From contig DASSUS010000017.1 of assembly GCA_035706765.1 (NCBI GenBank), positions 25,698 to 57,697 of the forward strand: DNA of 32,000 nt. Direction: 5' to 3'. The DNA comes from Gemmatimonadales bacterium. GTDB lineage: Bacteria; Gemmatimonadota; Gemmatimonadetes; Gemmatimonadales; GWC2-71-9. The notes under the pieces are model-generated. The model saw only the letters and a list, made by a program, of their open reading frames with translations, was not told the origin of the DNA and did not search any database. A program made the translations under genes and the position numbers. Within the stretch, counting starts at the first letter, position 1, and each line of letters starts with the position of its first letter. Below, in pieces: positions 14,409-23,301 of this stretch.

Positions 14409-14663
14409 GGACAAGACGACTCCGCATTGGGCTGTGCCGCCCCGTAATGCACCTTCCATGCTCAACGCGGTCGTGCTTGTGCCCGGCGCCGAACGCCTCA
14501 GGACTCAGCGCGGCGCGCCCGGCAGTTGCTACCGAACAGGGCGCAAGGCCGTGAGCGCTGTGGGGTTAACTGCGTGACGGCGCACGGCACCGAGCTTGCG
14601 TGGCGGAGCTAGACGTCTAGGCGTCGGAACGTCTAGCAGTTCTTGCCCAAGGAGCCACGCGCG
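14409..14663. promoter_or_regulatory. Divergent intergenic control region between the two polysaccharide operons
   Basis: This is the largest non-coding gap in the window and is flanked by outward-facing gene starts (14408 minus, 14664 plus). I could not assign confident -35/-10 hexamers. Confidence 0.6.
14609..14636. promoter_or_regulatory. Candidate operator: 12-bp perfect palindrome CTAGACGTCTAG plus a repeated half-site ACGTCTAG 16 bp downstream
   Basis: CTAGACGTCTAG (14609-14620) is its own reverse complement. ACGTCTAG recurs at 14629-14636. That puts three CTAG tetramers in 28 bp of GC-rich DNA, 28-55 nt upstream of the ATG at 14664. Confidence 0.4.
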
Positions 14664-17069
14664 ATGTCGGGTCACAACGGTGACAACGGTGAAAAAGGCG
14701 GGATTCCGGTCCTTCGCTCGGAGTCAACGAGTCTCGATACCAATCGATTGAAGAGTCTGGCGGCGGCCTCCGCGCCGCCTCCGCCGCCCGCGGAGCAGAG
14801 CGACTGGCAGCGGTATTTCAACTCCGTGATGCGCCACAAGTGGTTGGTGATCGGCGTGACCGCCCTGGGAACGCTCGCGGGCGTCATCGCCACGCGCTTC
14901 CTCGATCCCCGCTATACCGCGAAGGCGATCCTCTGGGTCGACGTCGCGGTCGGTCGAGACCGGGGCGTGCAGTCGGATCAGCTGCTCGATTCGCGCGGCT
15001 GGGTCGAGTTGGTGACGTCCAACGCGGTGCTCGATACGGTCGTCAAACAGCGGCGCCTGTTCGTTACGCCCTTGAGCGCGGCGGACTCGGCCGCGCTGAC
15101 GACGTTCGACGTCGGCGACAAGGTGATCCCCGGCTCCTACCGCCTGATCGTAGACAAGGCAGGCAGGGCGTGGCGCCTCGAGCTGGAAGACGGGACCACG
15201 GTGCAACGCGGGCGCGTCGGCCAGCCGGTGGGGGACAATGCGGGGTTCTACTGGACCCCCAGCGCCGCGGTACTGAAGCCCGGCACGACCATCGCCTTCA
15301 AGGTGCGCGCCGTTCCCGATGCGTCCGCGTCGCTGGCGAACGACCTCAAGGCGCGGCTCGATCCGGCGGGCAACTTCCTGCGTCTTCAATTGAAGGGCAC
15401 GAATCCAGCGGCCACCGCGGCGACGCTCAATGCGGTCACCGCGCGCATCGTGGCCGTGGAAACCGACATGAAGCGCCGGAAATTCCAGGAGCTCGCGACG
15501 GTGCTGGAAGAGCAGTACACGCACGCCCGGGACGCGCTCACGCAGGCCGAGGAGGCGGTGCGGTCGTTCCGGCAACGCACCTGGAATCGTCCCCTGGTGA
15601 CCCAGACGCCGGGCGGTGGCCTGGCGGTCGAGGGGAGTGGAGTGGCGCGCCAGCTGGGGGAGGAAAACGATCAGCGGCGGCGCGACCGCGCCATGCTCGA
15701 CCAGCTCGCCGCCCGCTCGGCGACGGGCAGTGTGTCGGTCGAAATGTGGAACAGCATCCCCGCGGTCCAGAAGTCGCCGATCATGCAGAGTGCGTTACAG
15801 GATCTCGGGAAGAAGCAGGCCGACCTGCGGGCGCTGCGGCTGCAGTACACGGACGAGGCCGCCCCGGTGAAGCAGCTGCAAAACGATCTCGCGATGCTGG
15901 AGCATCAGCAGATTCCGTCGCTCGCGCGCATGCTGGCGCGCGACCTCGGCGAAGTCGTCGCGATCACGAAGCCGCGCGCCGACACGGCGCTGGGCGAGCT
16001 GCGGGCCGCACCCAACCTCGCGCTGGAGCAGGAGCGACTCGTGCGCGAACAGCGCATGGCCGAGGAGCAGTTCACGCAGATAGACAAGGAATACGAGACC
16101 GCCAAGCTGGGCCTGATCAGCGCGCTTCCGGACGTACGCGTGCTCGATCCGGCCGTGGAGCCGCGGCGGCCCGCCAGTGACTACGGTCCCCTGCTCATTC
16201 TGCTGGCGATGATGGCGAGCTTCGGCGTGGCGGTGCTCGGCGTGACGGTGCGGGACCGGATGGATCCCAAAGTCCGCTATCCCGAGCAGATCACCGGCCG
16301 GATGCAGCTGCAGATCCTGGGTGCCGTGCCGCACGTGAGCTGGCGCCTCGGAGCCAATGGCGACGGCCCGGCCCAGGTCATCGAAGCGCTGCGCGGCTTG
16401 CGCCTGCGCGTGCTCCATGCGCACTCGGGCGAAGGACCCCTGGCGCTCACGATCACGAGCCCCGGCATCGGGGACGGCAAATCGTTCGTGTCGTTGAACC
16501 TCGCGCTCTCGTTCGCCGACGCCGGCTATCGCACGCTGCTGGTGGACGGCGACACGCGCCGCGGCGTGCAGCACAAGGCGCTCAAAACGCCGTCGACGCC
16601 GGGCCTGACCGACGTCGTCGCGGGCCGGGTGCCGCTCGATCAGGCGCTGCGGCAGACCTCGTATCCAGGGCTGTCGTTCCTGAGCTCGGGGACTCGCATG
16701 CAGCGCGCCCCGGAGCGCCTGCTGTCGCAGAACATGCGCGACCTCATGGCGAAGCTGCGCTCGATGTATGACGTGGTGATTATGGATAGCCCGCCGCTCG
16801 GAGCGGGCGCGGATCCGCTGGTGCTGGGCACGCTGACCGAGAACCTCATGCTCGTGCTGCGCACCGGCCAGTCGGACATCAATCTGGCGTCCACGAAGCT
16901 CGAAGTGCTCAACGCGCTGCCGGTGCGAGTCATCGGCGCGGTGCTGAACGACGTGCGCTCGAGCGGCGTGTATCGCTACTACATGTACTCCTCGGCGGAA
17001 TACGAGCTGGTGGATGATGAAGGCCCGACCAGAGAGGCGCTGCCGAGCATCCTGGGAGGTCGGACATGA
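14664..17069 (+). CDS. Polysaccharide co-polymerase (Wzz-domain) fused to a BY-type tyrosine autokinase (Wzc/GumC/EpsB-like)
   Basis: ATG 14664 has AAGGAG (14649-14654) 9 nt upstream; the track start 14643 is a TTG. TM1 is WLVIGVTALGTLAGVIATRF, followed by a long coiled periplasmic region and TM2 LLILLAMMASFGVAVLGVTV. Walker A is SPGIGDGKS, Walker A-prime is LLVDGDTRRG, and Walker B is VVIMDSPPL. The C-terminal Tyr cluster is VYRYYMYSSAEY. Confidence 0.9.
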   Translation: MSGHNGDNGEKGGIPVLRSESTSLDTNRLKSLAAASAPPPPPAEQSDWQRYFNSVMRHKWLVIGVTALGTLAGVIATRFLDPRYTAKAILWVDVAVGRDRGVQSDQLLDSRGWVELVTSNAVLDTVVKQRRLFVTPLSAADSAALTTFDVGDKVIPGSYRLIVDKAGRAWRLELEDGTTVQRGRVGQPVGDNAGFYWTPSAAVLKPGTTIAFKVRAVPDASASLANDLKARLDPAGNFLRLQLKGTNPAATAATLNAVTARIVAVETDMKRRKFQELATVLEEQYTHARDALTQAEEAVRSFRQRTWNRPLVTQTPGGGLAVEGSGVARQLGEENDQRRRDRAMLDQLAARSATGSVSVEMWNSIPAVQKSPIMQSALQDLGKKQADLRALRLQYTDEAAPVKQLQNDLAMLEHQQIPSLARMLARDLGEVVAITKPRADTALGELRAAPNLALEQERLVREQRMAEEQFTQIDKEYETAKLGLISALPDVRVLDPAVEPRRPASDYGPLLILLAMMASFGVAVLGVTVRDRMDPKVRYPEQITGRMQLQILGAVPHVSWRLGANGDGPAQVIEALRGLRLRVLHAHSGEGPLALTITSPGIGDGKSFVSLNLALSFADAGYRTLLVDGDTRRGVQHKALKTPSTPGLTDVVAGRVPLDQALRQTSYPGLSFLSSGTRMQRAPERLLSQNMRDLMAKLRSMYDVVIMDSPPLGAGADPLVLGTLTENLMLVLRTGQSDINLASTKLEVLNALPVRVIGAVLNDVRSSGVYRYYMYSSAEYELVDDEGPTREALPSILGGRT

Positions 17070-17791
17070 GCAAGGCGTGGGTGATGGTAGGCGGGCTCTG
17101 GGCGCTGCTGTTGAGCTCCGGATCGCTGGCAGCGCAGGATCCGCGAAAGGTCGCCGATCGGCCGCTCGCGACCCGCGAAGAGCTGCAGGCCGCACTCGAG
17201 CAGGCCGGTTCGTCGGACGTCGCGGTCCGGATTAAGTCCCGTCTGAACGATGGAGATTTTCACCGCGGCGACCGAATCGCTCTTATGGTTCAGGCGGAAT
17301 CCACGCTGACCGATACGTTTACAGTTGGCAACGGTCCCGAGCTGATGTTGCCGCCGCCCACGACGGGATCGATGTCGCTCAAGGGCGTGCTGCGCTCGGA
17401 GCTGCAGTCGAAGCTCGAAGAGTACGTCGGCCGCTTCCGCAACAATCCCGTGGTGCGCGCGCAGCCGCTGCTGCGGATCTCGGTGCAGGGCGAAGTCACC
17501 AGGGCGGGGATCTATGCGGTCCCGGCGGATGCCCAGCTGGCCGACGCGTTGATGGCGGCGGGCGGGACGACCCAGTTCGCCAAGCCGAACAAGGTCACGA
17601 TCGAGCGCAACGGCAAGAAATACTGGGAGGGCTCGGCGTTCGACACCGACCTGGACGTGCTCGGATTGCGCGACGGTGATCAGATCGTAGTCGACTCGAA
17701 GCGCCCGGGCGGAACGGACAATCTGCGGGTGGCTGCGCTGCTGATCAGCATCGCGGGCGGGCTGTACGGACTGAGCAGGGCCATCAAATAG
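17066..17791 (+). CDS. Wza-like outer-membrane polysaccharide export protein (Poly_export plus SLBB-like), short form
   Basis: ATGA overlap with the upstream gene. Signal peptide is MSKAWVMVGGLWALLLSSGSLAAQ. GDRIALMV...LTDTFTV, ISVQGEVTRAGIYAVPADAQLADALMAAGG and DGDQIVV are present. The C-terminal hydrophobic helix is VAALLISIAGGLYGL. Confidence 0.8.
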   Translation: MSKAWVMVGGLWALLLSSGSLAAQDPRKVADRPLATREELQAALEQAGSSDVAVRIKSRLNDGDFHRGDRIALMVQAESTLTDTFTVGNGPELMLPPPTTGSMSLKGVLRSELQSKLEEYVGRFRNNPVVRAQPLLRISVQGEVTRAGIYAVPADAQLADALMAAGGTTQFAKPNKVTIERNGKKYWEGSAFDTDLDVLGLRDGDQIVVDSKRPGGTDNLRVAALLISIAGGLYGLSRAIK

Positions 17792-17798
17792 GAGCACC

Positions 17799-19667
17799 AT
17801 GGCTGTCAGCATCACGCGTGGCATCACGCGACGCCTCCCGATTGGTGCAGAAATTACGTCGGGGGGCGTTCACTTTCGGGTGTGGGCACCCAAACGCAAC
17901 CGGGTAGAGGTCGAGTCCGGCGGGGAGCTCGTGGAGCTGGACCGCGAGCCGGCCGGCTACTTCTCGGGGTTCGTTTCGGGTCTTGGGGCGGGAAGCCTGT
18001 ATCGATACCGGCTCGACGGCGGCAAGAGTTTTGCCGATCCCGCCTCGCGCTTTCAGCCTTCCGGGCCGCACGACGCGTCACAGATCGTCGATCCCTCCCG
18101 CTTCCGCTGGACCGATCACGCCTGGCCGGGTATCGCCTCGTCACGCCAGGTCGTGTACGAGCTGCACATCGGGACGTTTACAGAGGAAGGCACGTACGCC
18201 GCGGCCGCCGAGCGACTCGAGAGCCTCGTGGACGTGGGGGTCAGCGTCGTCGAGGTCATGCCCGTTGCGGAGTTCGCCGGCGAATTCGGTTGGGGGTACG
18301 ACGGCGTCCACTGGTTCGCTCCGTATCACTGCTACGGGTCGTGTGACGACCTGCGGGCGTTCGTAAACCGCGCGCACGAGCTCAAGCTCGGTGTGATTCT
18401 CGACGTGGTCTACAATCACTTTGGTCCCGTCGGCAATTACATCAACGAGTTTTCCGATTCGTTCTTCAGCAAAAAGCATCACACCGACTGGGGCGACGCG
18501 ATCAACTACGACGACGAGGGCGCCGAAGGCGTCCGTGAGTTCGTCGTCAGCAACGTGCAGCATTGGATCGCCGAGTACCACTTCGACGGCCTGCGGCTCG
18601 ATGCGACGCACTCGATCTTCGACGACTCGCCCCGGCACATTCTCCAGGATATCGGGACCGCGGCGCGCGAAGCGGCGGGGAAGCGGTCGGTCGTCATCAT
18701 GGCGGAGACGGAGACGCAGGATTCACGGATCGTGCGTTCCGTCGAGCAGGGTGGGCACGGGCTGGACCACATCTGGTGCGACGATTTTCACCACCTCGCG
18801 CTCGTGGCCGCGACGGGGAAGCGGGAAGGCTACTACACCGATTACTGCGGCAGCGCTCAGGAGTTTGTCTCGGCCATCAAATACGGCCCGCTGTATCAGG
18901 GGCAGTTCTACTCCTGGCAGAAGCAACGGCGCGGCTGGCCCGCCTACGACGTGCCGCGCTGGCGCATGGTCCACTGCCTGGAAAACCACGATCAGGTGGC
19001 CAACTCGCGCGATGGCAGGCGGCTGCATCAGCTGACGAGTCCCGGCCGGTATCGCGCGCTGACGGCGTTGCTCCTGCTCGCCCCGCAGACGCCGTTGCTC
19101 TTTCAGGGCGAAGAATTCGGTTCCAGCGCCCCCTTCCTCTATTTCGCCGATCATGATCCGGAGCTGCGCAAGCTCGTGTGCAAAGGCCGGGCGGAGTTTC
19201 TGGCGCAATTTCTATCCGTCGCGGAGGATGAGCCGGACGTCGTCGCGGACCCGGGCGATCCGGCGACGTTCGAGCGCTCGCGCCTCGATTGGTCGGAGCG
19301 GGAACGCCATGCCGGGCACCTCGCGCTGCACAAGGATCTGATCGAGCTCCGGAAGCGCGATCCCGTTCTGTCGACCGATCGGCGCGAGCTCGACGGCGCG
19401 GTGCTGGGTGCGCAGGCGTTCGTGCTTCGGTTCTTCGCGCTCGGCGCGGATCGGCTGCTGCTGGTGAACCTTGGGGCCGACATCGTGCTGGACACCGTAC
19501 CCGAACCCCTCCTTGCGCCACCGGATCGCGACCGCGGGTGGACGCGCCTCTGGCACAGCAACCAGCTGCGCTATGGCGGGCGCGGCGCTCCAGTTCCCGA
19601 AACGGAAGTAGGCTCGTGGCGGATTCCGGCAGAGTCAACGACCCTCCTCGCCCCGTCAGGCGCCTAG
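17799..19667 (+). CDS. treZ: Malto-oligosyltrehalose trehalohydrolase (GH13)
   Basis: 622 aa with VHFRVWAP, YRYRLDG, FADPASRFQPSGPH, VVYELHIGTFTEEGT, WGYDGV, LDVVYNHFGPVGNY and FDGLRLDATH. AGGAG overlaps the upstream stop, 4 nt before the ATG. Confidence 0.85.
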   Translation: MAVSITRGITRRLPIGAEITSGGVHFRVWAPKRNRVEVESGGELVELDREPAGYFSGFVSGLGAGSLYRYRLDGGKSFADPASRFQPSGPHDASQIVDPSRFRWTDHAWPGIASSRQVVYELHIGTFTEEGTYAAAAERLESLVDVGVSVVEVMPVAEFAGEFGWGYDGVHWFAPYHCYGSCDDLRAFVNRAHELKLGVILDVVYNHFGPVGNYINEFSDSFFSKKHHTDWGDAINYDDEGAEGVREFVVSNVQHWIAEYHFDGLRLDATHSIFDDSPRHILQDIGTAAREAAGKRSVVIMAETETQDSRIVRSVEQGGHGLDHIWCDDFHHLALVAATGKREGYYTDYCGSAQEFVSAIKYGPLYQGQFYSWQKQRRGWPAYDVPRWRMVHCLENHDQVANSRDGRRLHQLTSPGRYRALTALLLLAPQTPLLFQGEEFGSSAPFLYFADHDPELRKLVCKGRAEFLAQFLSVAEDEPDVVADPGDPATFERSRLDWSERERHAGHLALHKDLIELRKRDPVLSTDRRELDGAVLGAQAFVLRFFALGADRLLLVNLGADIVLDTVPEPLLAPPDRDRGWTRLWHSNQLRYGGRGAPVPETEVGSWRIPAESTTLLAPSGA

Positions 19668-21712
19668 AGCGCCCGCCCAGCCCGCCGCAGCTCCCCGTCT
19701 ACCACCTCACCCCCGAGGAGCGGCGGGACTTGCGCGCGCTCGTCGAGCACGAGTGGATCGTCACCAACGGTGTAGGAGGCTATAGCTCGTCGACCGTGGC
19801 GGGTATCGTCAGCCGCCGCTATCACGGCCTCCTCGTGGCGGCGCTCCCCAACCCGCTCGGCCGCGTGATCATGCTCAACGCGCTGCTCGATTCGGCGGAA
19901 GATGTCACCGGACGCCGCGCGCTGCTGTCGCTCGAGCCCGGTGAGTCGGCCGCGTCGGCGCCGATCGCGAAGCTGGTGGAGTTTTGCCTCGACGGCGGGC
20001 TCCCGATGTGGCGCTACGCGGTCGGATCGACCACGATCGAGAAGCGGGTGTTCATGCCGTACCGCCAGAACACGGTCGTGGTGCTGTATCGGGTGAGCGG
20101 TGAGGAGCCGGTCACGTTGCACCTGACTCCCGCGGTGCATTTCCGAAACTATGAGAGGCCGGTTTCCGAGCTCCAGAACGAGCACTACGCCTTCTCGGAG
20201 CAGGGGAAAAGCTTCCGGTTGTCGGCGCCCGACTTGCCGCCGCTCAATATCGAGATCGAAGGCTCGTACCGGTTCATCGAGGACCCCCGGCGCCGCGAGC
20301 AGATCGGCTACGCGGTCGAGGAGGCGCGCGGCTATGAGTTCCGCGGCACGCTCTGGTCTCCGGGGACGTTCGTCATGCGCATGTCGCCCGGTTCGACGAT
20401 GGCGTTGACCGCCTCGACCGAGCCCGCGGCGGTTCTGGAGTCGATCACGGCCGAGGAGGCGCTCGGGCTCGAAGTCGAGCGCAAGCGCCGCCTGATCGAA
20501 TCGGCGCCGCCGGCCGCGCGCTCGGGGGCCGCGGCGCAGCTCGTGATCGCCGCCGATCAGTTCATCATCCGGCCCGTTGGACGCGTGCGCGACACGGTTC
20601 GGGCTGAGGCCCTGGGTGACGAGCTGCGCACGATCATCGCCGGATACCACTGGTTCACCGACTGGGGGCGGGACACGATGATCAGTCTCGAAGGCCTGAC
20701 CCTGGCGACTGGGCGCCACCGCGAGGCGGGGTTCATTCTTCGCACATTCGCGCAGTATGTGCGCGACGGACTCATTCCGAACCTGTTTCCCGACGGCAGC
20801 GACGAAGGGCTGTATCACACGGCCGATGCGACGCTCTGGTTCTTTCACGCGCTCGAGCGCTACGGCGAGCATACGGGATATTGGCTGCTGGTCGACCAGA
20901 TGCTCCCGGTGTTGCGCGCGATCGCGGAGGCGCATCTGCGCGGAACGCGGTTCGGAATCGGCGTCGATCCGGAGGATGGTCTGCTGCGCCAGGGGGCCGA
21001 AGGGTACCAGCTCACCTGGATGGATGCGAAGGTGGACGGGTGGGTCGTCACGCCGCGCCGGGGCAAAGCGGTCGAGATCAACGCCCTGTGGTACAACGCG
21101 CTGTCGCTCTTGTCGCGCTGGGAATGCGATTTCGGCGATCAGGCCAACTCGCGCAGGTACGCGGAGGCGGCGGAGCGCGCCCGTGAGTCGTTCAATCGGA
21201 AGTTCTGGATCGACGACGGCGAATACCTCTACGACGTGATCGACGGTCCGTACGGGAACGATGCGGCGTTTCGTCCCAATCAGATCCTCGCGATCTCCTT
21301 GCCGCATCCGGTGCTCGACAGAGATCGTTGGGCGCAGGTGGTGCAGGGGGTGGGCGCGCGCCTGCTCACCCCGGTGGGATTACGCTCGCTGGCGCCTGGT
21401 CACCCCGACTACAAGCCACGCTACTTCGGCGATCTGCGCACGCGCGACGCCGCCTATCACCAGGGGACGGTGTGGGCGTGGCTCATCGGCCCCTGGATCG
21501 ATGCCTGGCTGAAAGTCCACCCGGACGATTACGCCGGTGCGCGCGGGTTTCTGCGCGGCCTGATCGCCCACCTCTCCGAATTCGGCGTGGGTTCGATCGC
21601 CGAGATCTTCGACGCGGAGGATCCCTACACTCCGCGCGGCTGCATCGCGCAGGCGTGGAGCGTCGCTGAGACCCTCCGCTGTCTCCTCAAGACCGAGAAC
21701 GGTGCGGTCTAA
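19616..21712 (+). CDS. Amylo-alpha-1,6-glucosidase-type glycogen debranching enzyme (archaeal-type GDE)
   Basis: HEWIVTNGVGGYSSSTVAGIVSRRYHGLLVAAL, IIAGYHWFTDWGRDTMISLEGL, QLTWMDAKV, RPNQILAISL and an (alpha/alpha)6-like C-terminal half. The start is uncertain. GTG 19616 gives a 52-nt overlap with treZ. TTG 19730 has GAGGAG 9 nt upstream. The track start 19289 is rejected. Confidence 0.8.
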   Translation: MADSGRVNDPPRPVRRLERPPSPPQLPVYHLTPEERRDLRALVEHEWIVTNGVGGYSSSTVAGIVSRRYHGLLVAALPNPLGRVIMLNALLDSAEDVTGRRALLSLEPGESAASAPIAKLVEFCLDGGLPMWRYAVGSTTIEKRVFMPYRQNTVVVLYRVSGEEPVTLHLTPAVHFRNYERPVSELQNEHYAFSEQGKSFRLSAPDLPPLNIEIEGSYRFIEDPRRREQIGYAVEEARGYEFRGTLWSPGTFVMRMSPGSTMALTASTEPAAVLESITAEEALGLEVERKRRLIESAPPAARSGAAAQLVIAADQFIIRPVGRVRDTVRAEALGDELRTIIAGYHWFTDWGRDTMISLEGLTLATGRHREAGFILRTFAQYVRDGLIPNLFPDGSDEGLYHTADATLWFFHALERYGEHTGYWLLVDQMLPVLRAIAEAHLRGTRFGIGVDPEDGLLRQGAEGYQLTWMDAKVDGWVVTPRRGKAVEINALWYNALSLLSRWECDFGDQANSRRYAEAAERARESFNRKFWIDDGEYLYDVIDGPYGNDAAFRPNQILAISLPHPVLDRDRWAQVVQGVGARLLTPVGLRSLAPGHPDYKPRYFGDLRTRDAAYHQGTVWAWLIGPWIDAWLKVHPDDYAGARGFLRGLIAHLSEFGVGSIAEIFDAEDPYTPRGCIAQAWSVAETLRCLLKTENGAV

Positions 21713-21770
21713 AGCTCCGACACGCATAAATCGGATTAGCGCCCGCGAATCGTCTATTGTAGGTTCGCAC

Positions 21771-22163
21771 ATGTCGAGCGGCGTTCACAGCGATCCGGAG
21801 CAATGGAGTGATCCACGCCATCGTCTGGGCATCCACTCCGAAGAACAGGCGATGCGGTTCCTCCAAAGCCAGGGCTGGGAAATCGTCGCGCACCGGTTTC
21901 GCGCGGGCCGGATCGAGCTCGACGTCGTCGCGCGGCGCGGCCGCCTCGTTTCCTTTATAGAGGTAAAGGCTCGGCGCGGGGCGGCGTTTGGGAGCCCGCT
22001 CGAGGCGGTCACGGCCCGCAAGCGTCGGGAAATCGTGAAGGCGGCCCGGGTTTGGATGGACCGTTACGGCCAGCCCGGCGACGTGTATCGCTTTGATTGT
22101 ATCGCGATAACTGGCAGTGAGTTGGAGCATCTCGAGGACGCGTTTCGTCCCGGATGGCGGTGA
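21771..22163 (+). CDS. yraN: YraN-family (UPF0102) predicted endonuclease
   Basis: 130 aa from ATG 21771: [50 protein letters not shown]...[13 protein letters not shown]. The upstream codons of the track ORF have low GC3. Confidence 0.75.
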   Translation: MSSGVHSDPEQWSDPRHRLGIHSEEQAMRFLQSQGWEIVAHRFRAGRIELDVVARRGRLVSFIEVKARRGAAFGSPLEAVTARKRREIVKAARVWMDRYGQPGDVYRFDCIAITGSELEHLEDAFRPGWR

Positions 22164-22170
22164 CCGTGGT

Positions 22171-22186
22171 TTCGGTATATATTCGG
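22171..22186 (+). promoter_or_regulatory. Putative recA promoter -10 element (TATATA/TATATT) bracketed by direct repeats TTCGG
   Basis: The sequence is TTCGG TATATA TTCGG, 27 nt upstream of the recA ATG and immediately after the yraN stop. It is the only AT-rich hexamer in this gap. Confidence 0.35.
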
Positions 22187-22212
22187 GCCTCAGCCAAGGA
22201 GGCTCGCCACCC

Positions 22213-23301
22213 ATGTCGAGGTCAATCATGGCAGAATCGCAGCCTGTAAAGCTCACCGACGACCGGCGCAAAGCGCTCAACCTCGCCATCACCCAGATCG
22301 AAAAGACGTGCGGTAAGGGGTCCATCATGCGGATGGGCGCCGACACACCGCAGGTGCGGGTTGGGGCGATTTCGACCGGCGCCATCAACCTCGACGCGGC
22401 GATCGGGATCGGTGGAATCCCGCGCGGCCGGGTGACCGAGATTTACGGTCCCGAATCGAGCGGCAAGACCACGCTCGCGCTTCACGTCGTGGCGCGGGCG
22501 CAGAAAGAGGGCGGCGCGGCTGCCTACATCGATGCCGAGCACGCGCTCGACGTCGAATATGCCAAGAAGCTGGGCGTCGATATCGAGAATCTGCTCGTCT
22601 CCCAGCCCGACACCGGGGAGCAGGGGCTCGAGATCTGCGAGATTCTGGTGCGGTCGGGCGCCGTCGACGTGGTGGTGGTCGATTCCGTCGCCGCGCTCGT
22701 GCCCAAGGCCGAAATCGAAGGCGAGATGGGCGACTCGCTCCCCGGGCTCCAGGCGCGCCTGATGAGCCAGGCGTTGCGCAAGCTCGCCGGCGCGATCAAC
22801 CGCTCGCGCACCTCCGTGATCTTCATCAATCAGCTGCGCGAGAAGATCGGGATCATGTTCGGCAATCCCGAGACCACCAGCGGCGGCCGGGCCCTGAAGT
22901 TCTACTCGTCGGTGCGGCTCGACATGCGCCGCATCGGGCCCGTGAAAGATCGCGAGATGGTGATCGGCAACCACGTGCGCGTGAAGGTGGTGAAGAACAA
23001 GGTGGCGCCGCCGTTCCGGCAGGCGGAGTTCGACATCATGTTCGACGAAGGCATCAGCCACGAATCGCTGCTCGTGGACATTGCCGCCGAAGCGGGAATC
23101 ATCGAGAAGTCCGGGGCCTGGTACTCTTACGGAAAAGAACGGATCGGGCAGGGCCGTGAGAACGCCAAGCTCTACCTGAAGGACCACCCCGATATGTCGG
23201 CGGAGGTCGAGGCGCGTGTGAGAGAACACCTCGGCGTGAAGTCCGGCGGGGCGGCTGGCCCCGGCGGTGGTGAAGAAGAAGCGGCCTCGAGCGACGAGTG
23301 A
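22213..23301 (+). CDS. recA: Recombinase RecA
   Basis: ATG 22213 has AAGGAGG (22196-22202) 10 nt upstream; ATG 22228 is the alternative. [22 protein letters not shown], Walker [20 protein letters not shown] and [21 protein letters not shown] are present, with an acidic C-terminal tail. Confidence 0.97.
   Translation: MSRSIMAESQPVKLTDDRRKALNLAITQIEKTCGKGSIMRMGADTPQVRVGAISTGAINLDAAIGIGGIPRGRVTEIYGPESSGKTTLALHVVARAQKEGGAAAYIDAEHALDVEYAKKLGVDIENLLVSQPDTGEQGLEICEILVRSGAVDVVVVDSVAALVPKAEIEGEMGDSLPGLQARLMSQALRKLAGAINRSRTSVIFINQLREKIGIMFGNPETTSGGRALKFYSSVRLDMRRIGPVKDREMVIGNHVRVKVVKNKVAPPFRQAEFDIMFDEGISHESLLVDIAAEAGIIEKSGAWYSYGKERIGQGRENAKLYLKDHPDMSAEVEARVREHLGVKSGGAAGPGGGEEEAASSDE

Noticed and set aside
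14512-14519. GGCGCGCC palindrome in the divergent intergenic region
   Set aside because: An 8-bp all-GC palindrome is expected by chance at this base composition.
15795-17195. 466-aa minus-strand ORF
   Set aside because: Antisense to the Wzc-like gene, which has clear Walker A, A-prime and B motifs and a Tyr cluster.
19289-19615. N-terminal extension of track ORF 19289..21712
   Set aside because: It lies entirely inside treZ in another frame. Arg/Ala-rich and not homologous to GDE N-termini.
19664-21307. 547-aa minus-strand ORF
   Set aside because: Antisense to the debranching-enzyme gene. Arg-rich shadow frame.
1-21712. Polysaccharide region considered as a mobile genomic island
   Set aside because: I saw no integrase, transposase, tRNA attachment site or flanking direct repeats. 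No obvious compositional break from the housekeeping half is visible by eye. A computed GC and codon-usage profile would be needed to settle this.
21713-21770. Possible promoter (TATTGT at 21755-21760) and near-leaderless start for yraN
   Set aside because: No acceptable -35 is present, and the spacing to the ATG (10 nt) is ambiguous. Not strong enough to report as a feature.
22100-22109. 10-bp palindrome TATCGCGATA upstream of recA
   Set aside because: It lies inside the yraN coding sequence (codes CIAI), about 100 nt from the recA start, with no second copy. Probably chance.
22222-23229. 335-aa minus-strand ORF; also 21687..22388 minus
   Set aside because: Antisense to recA and yraN.
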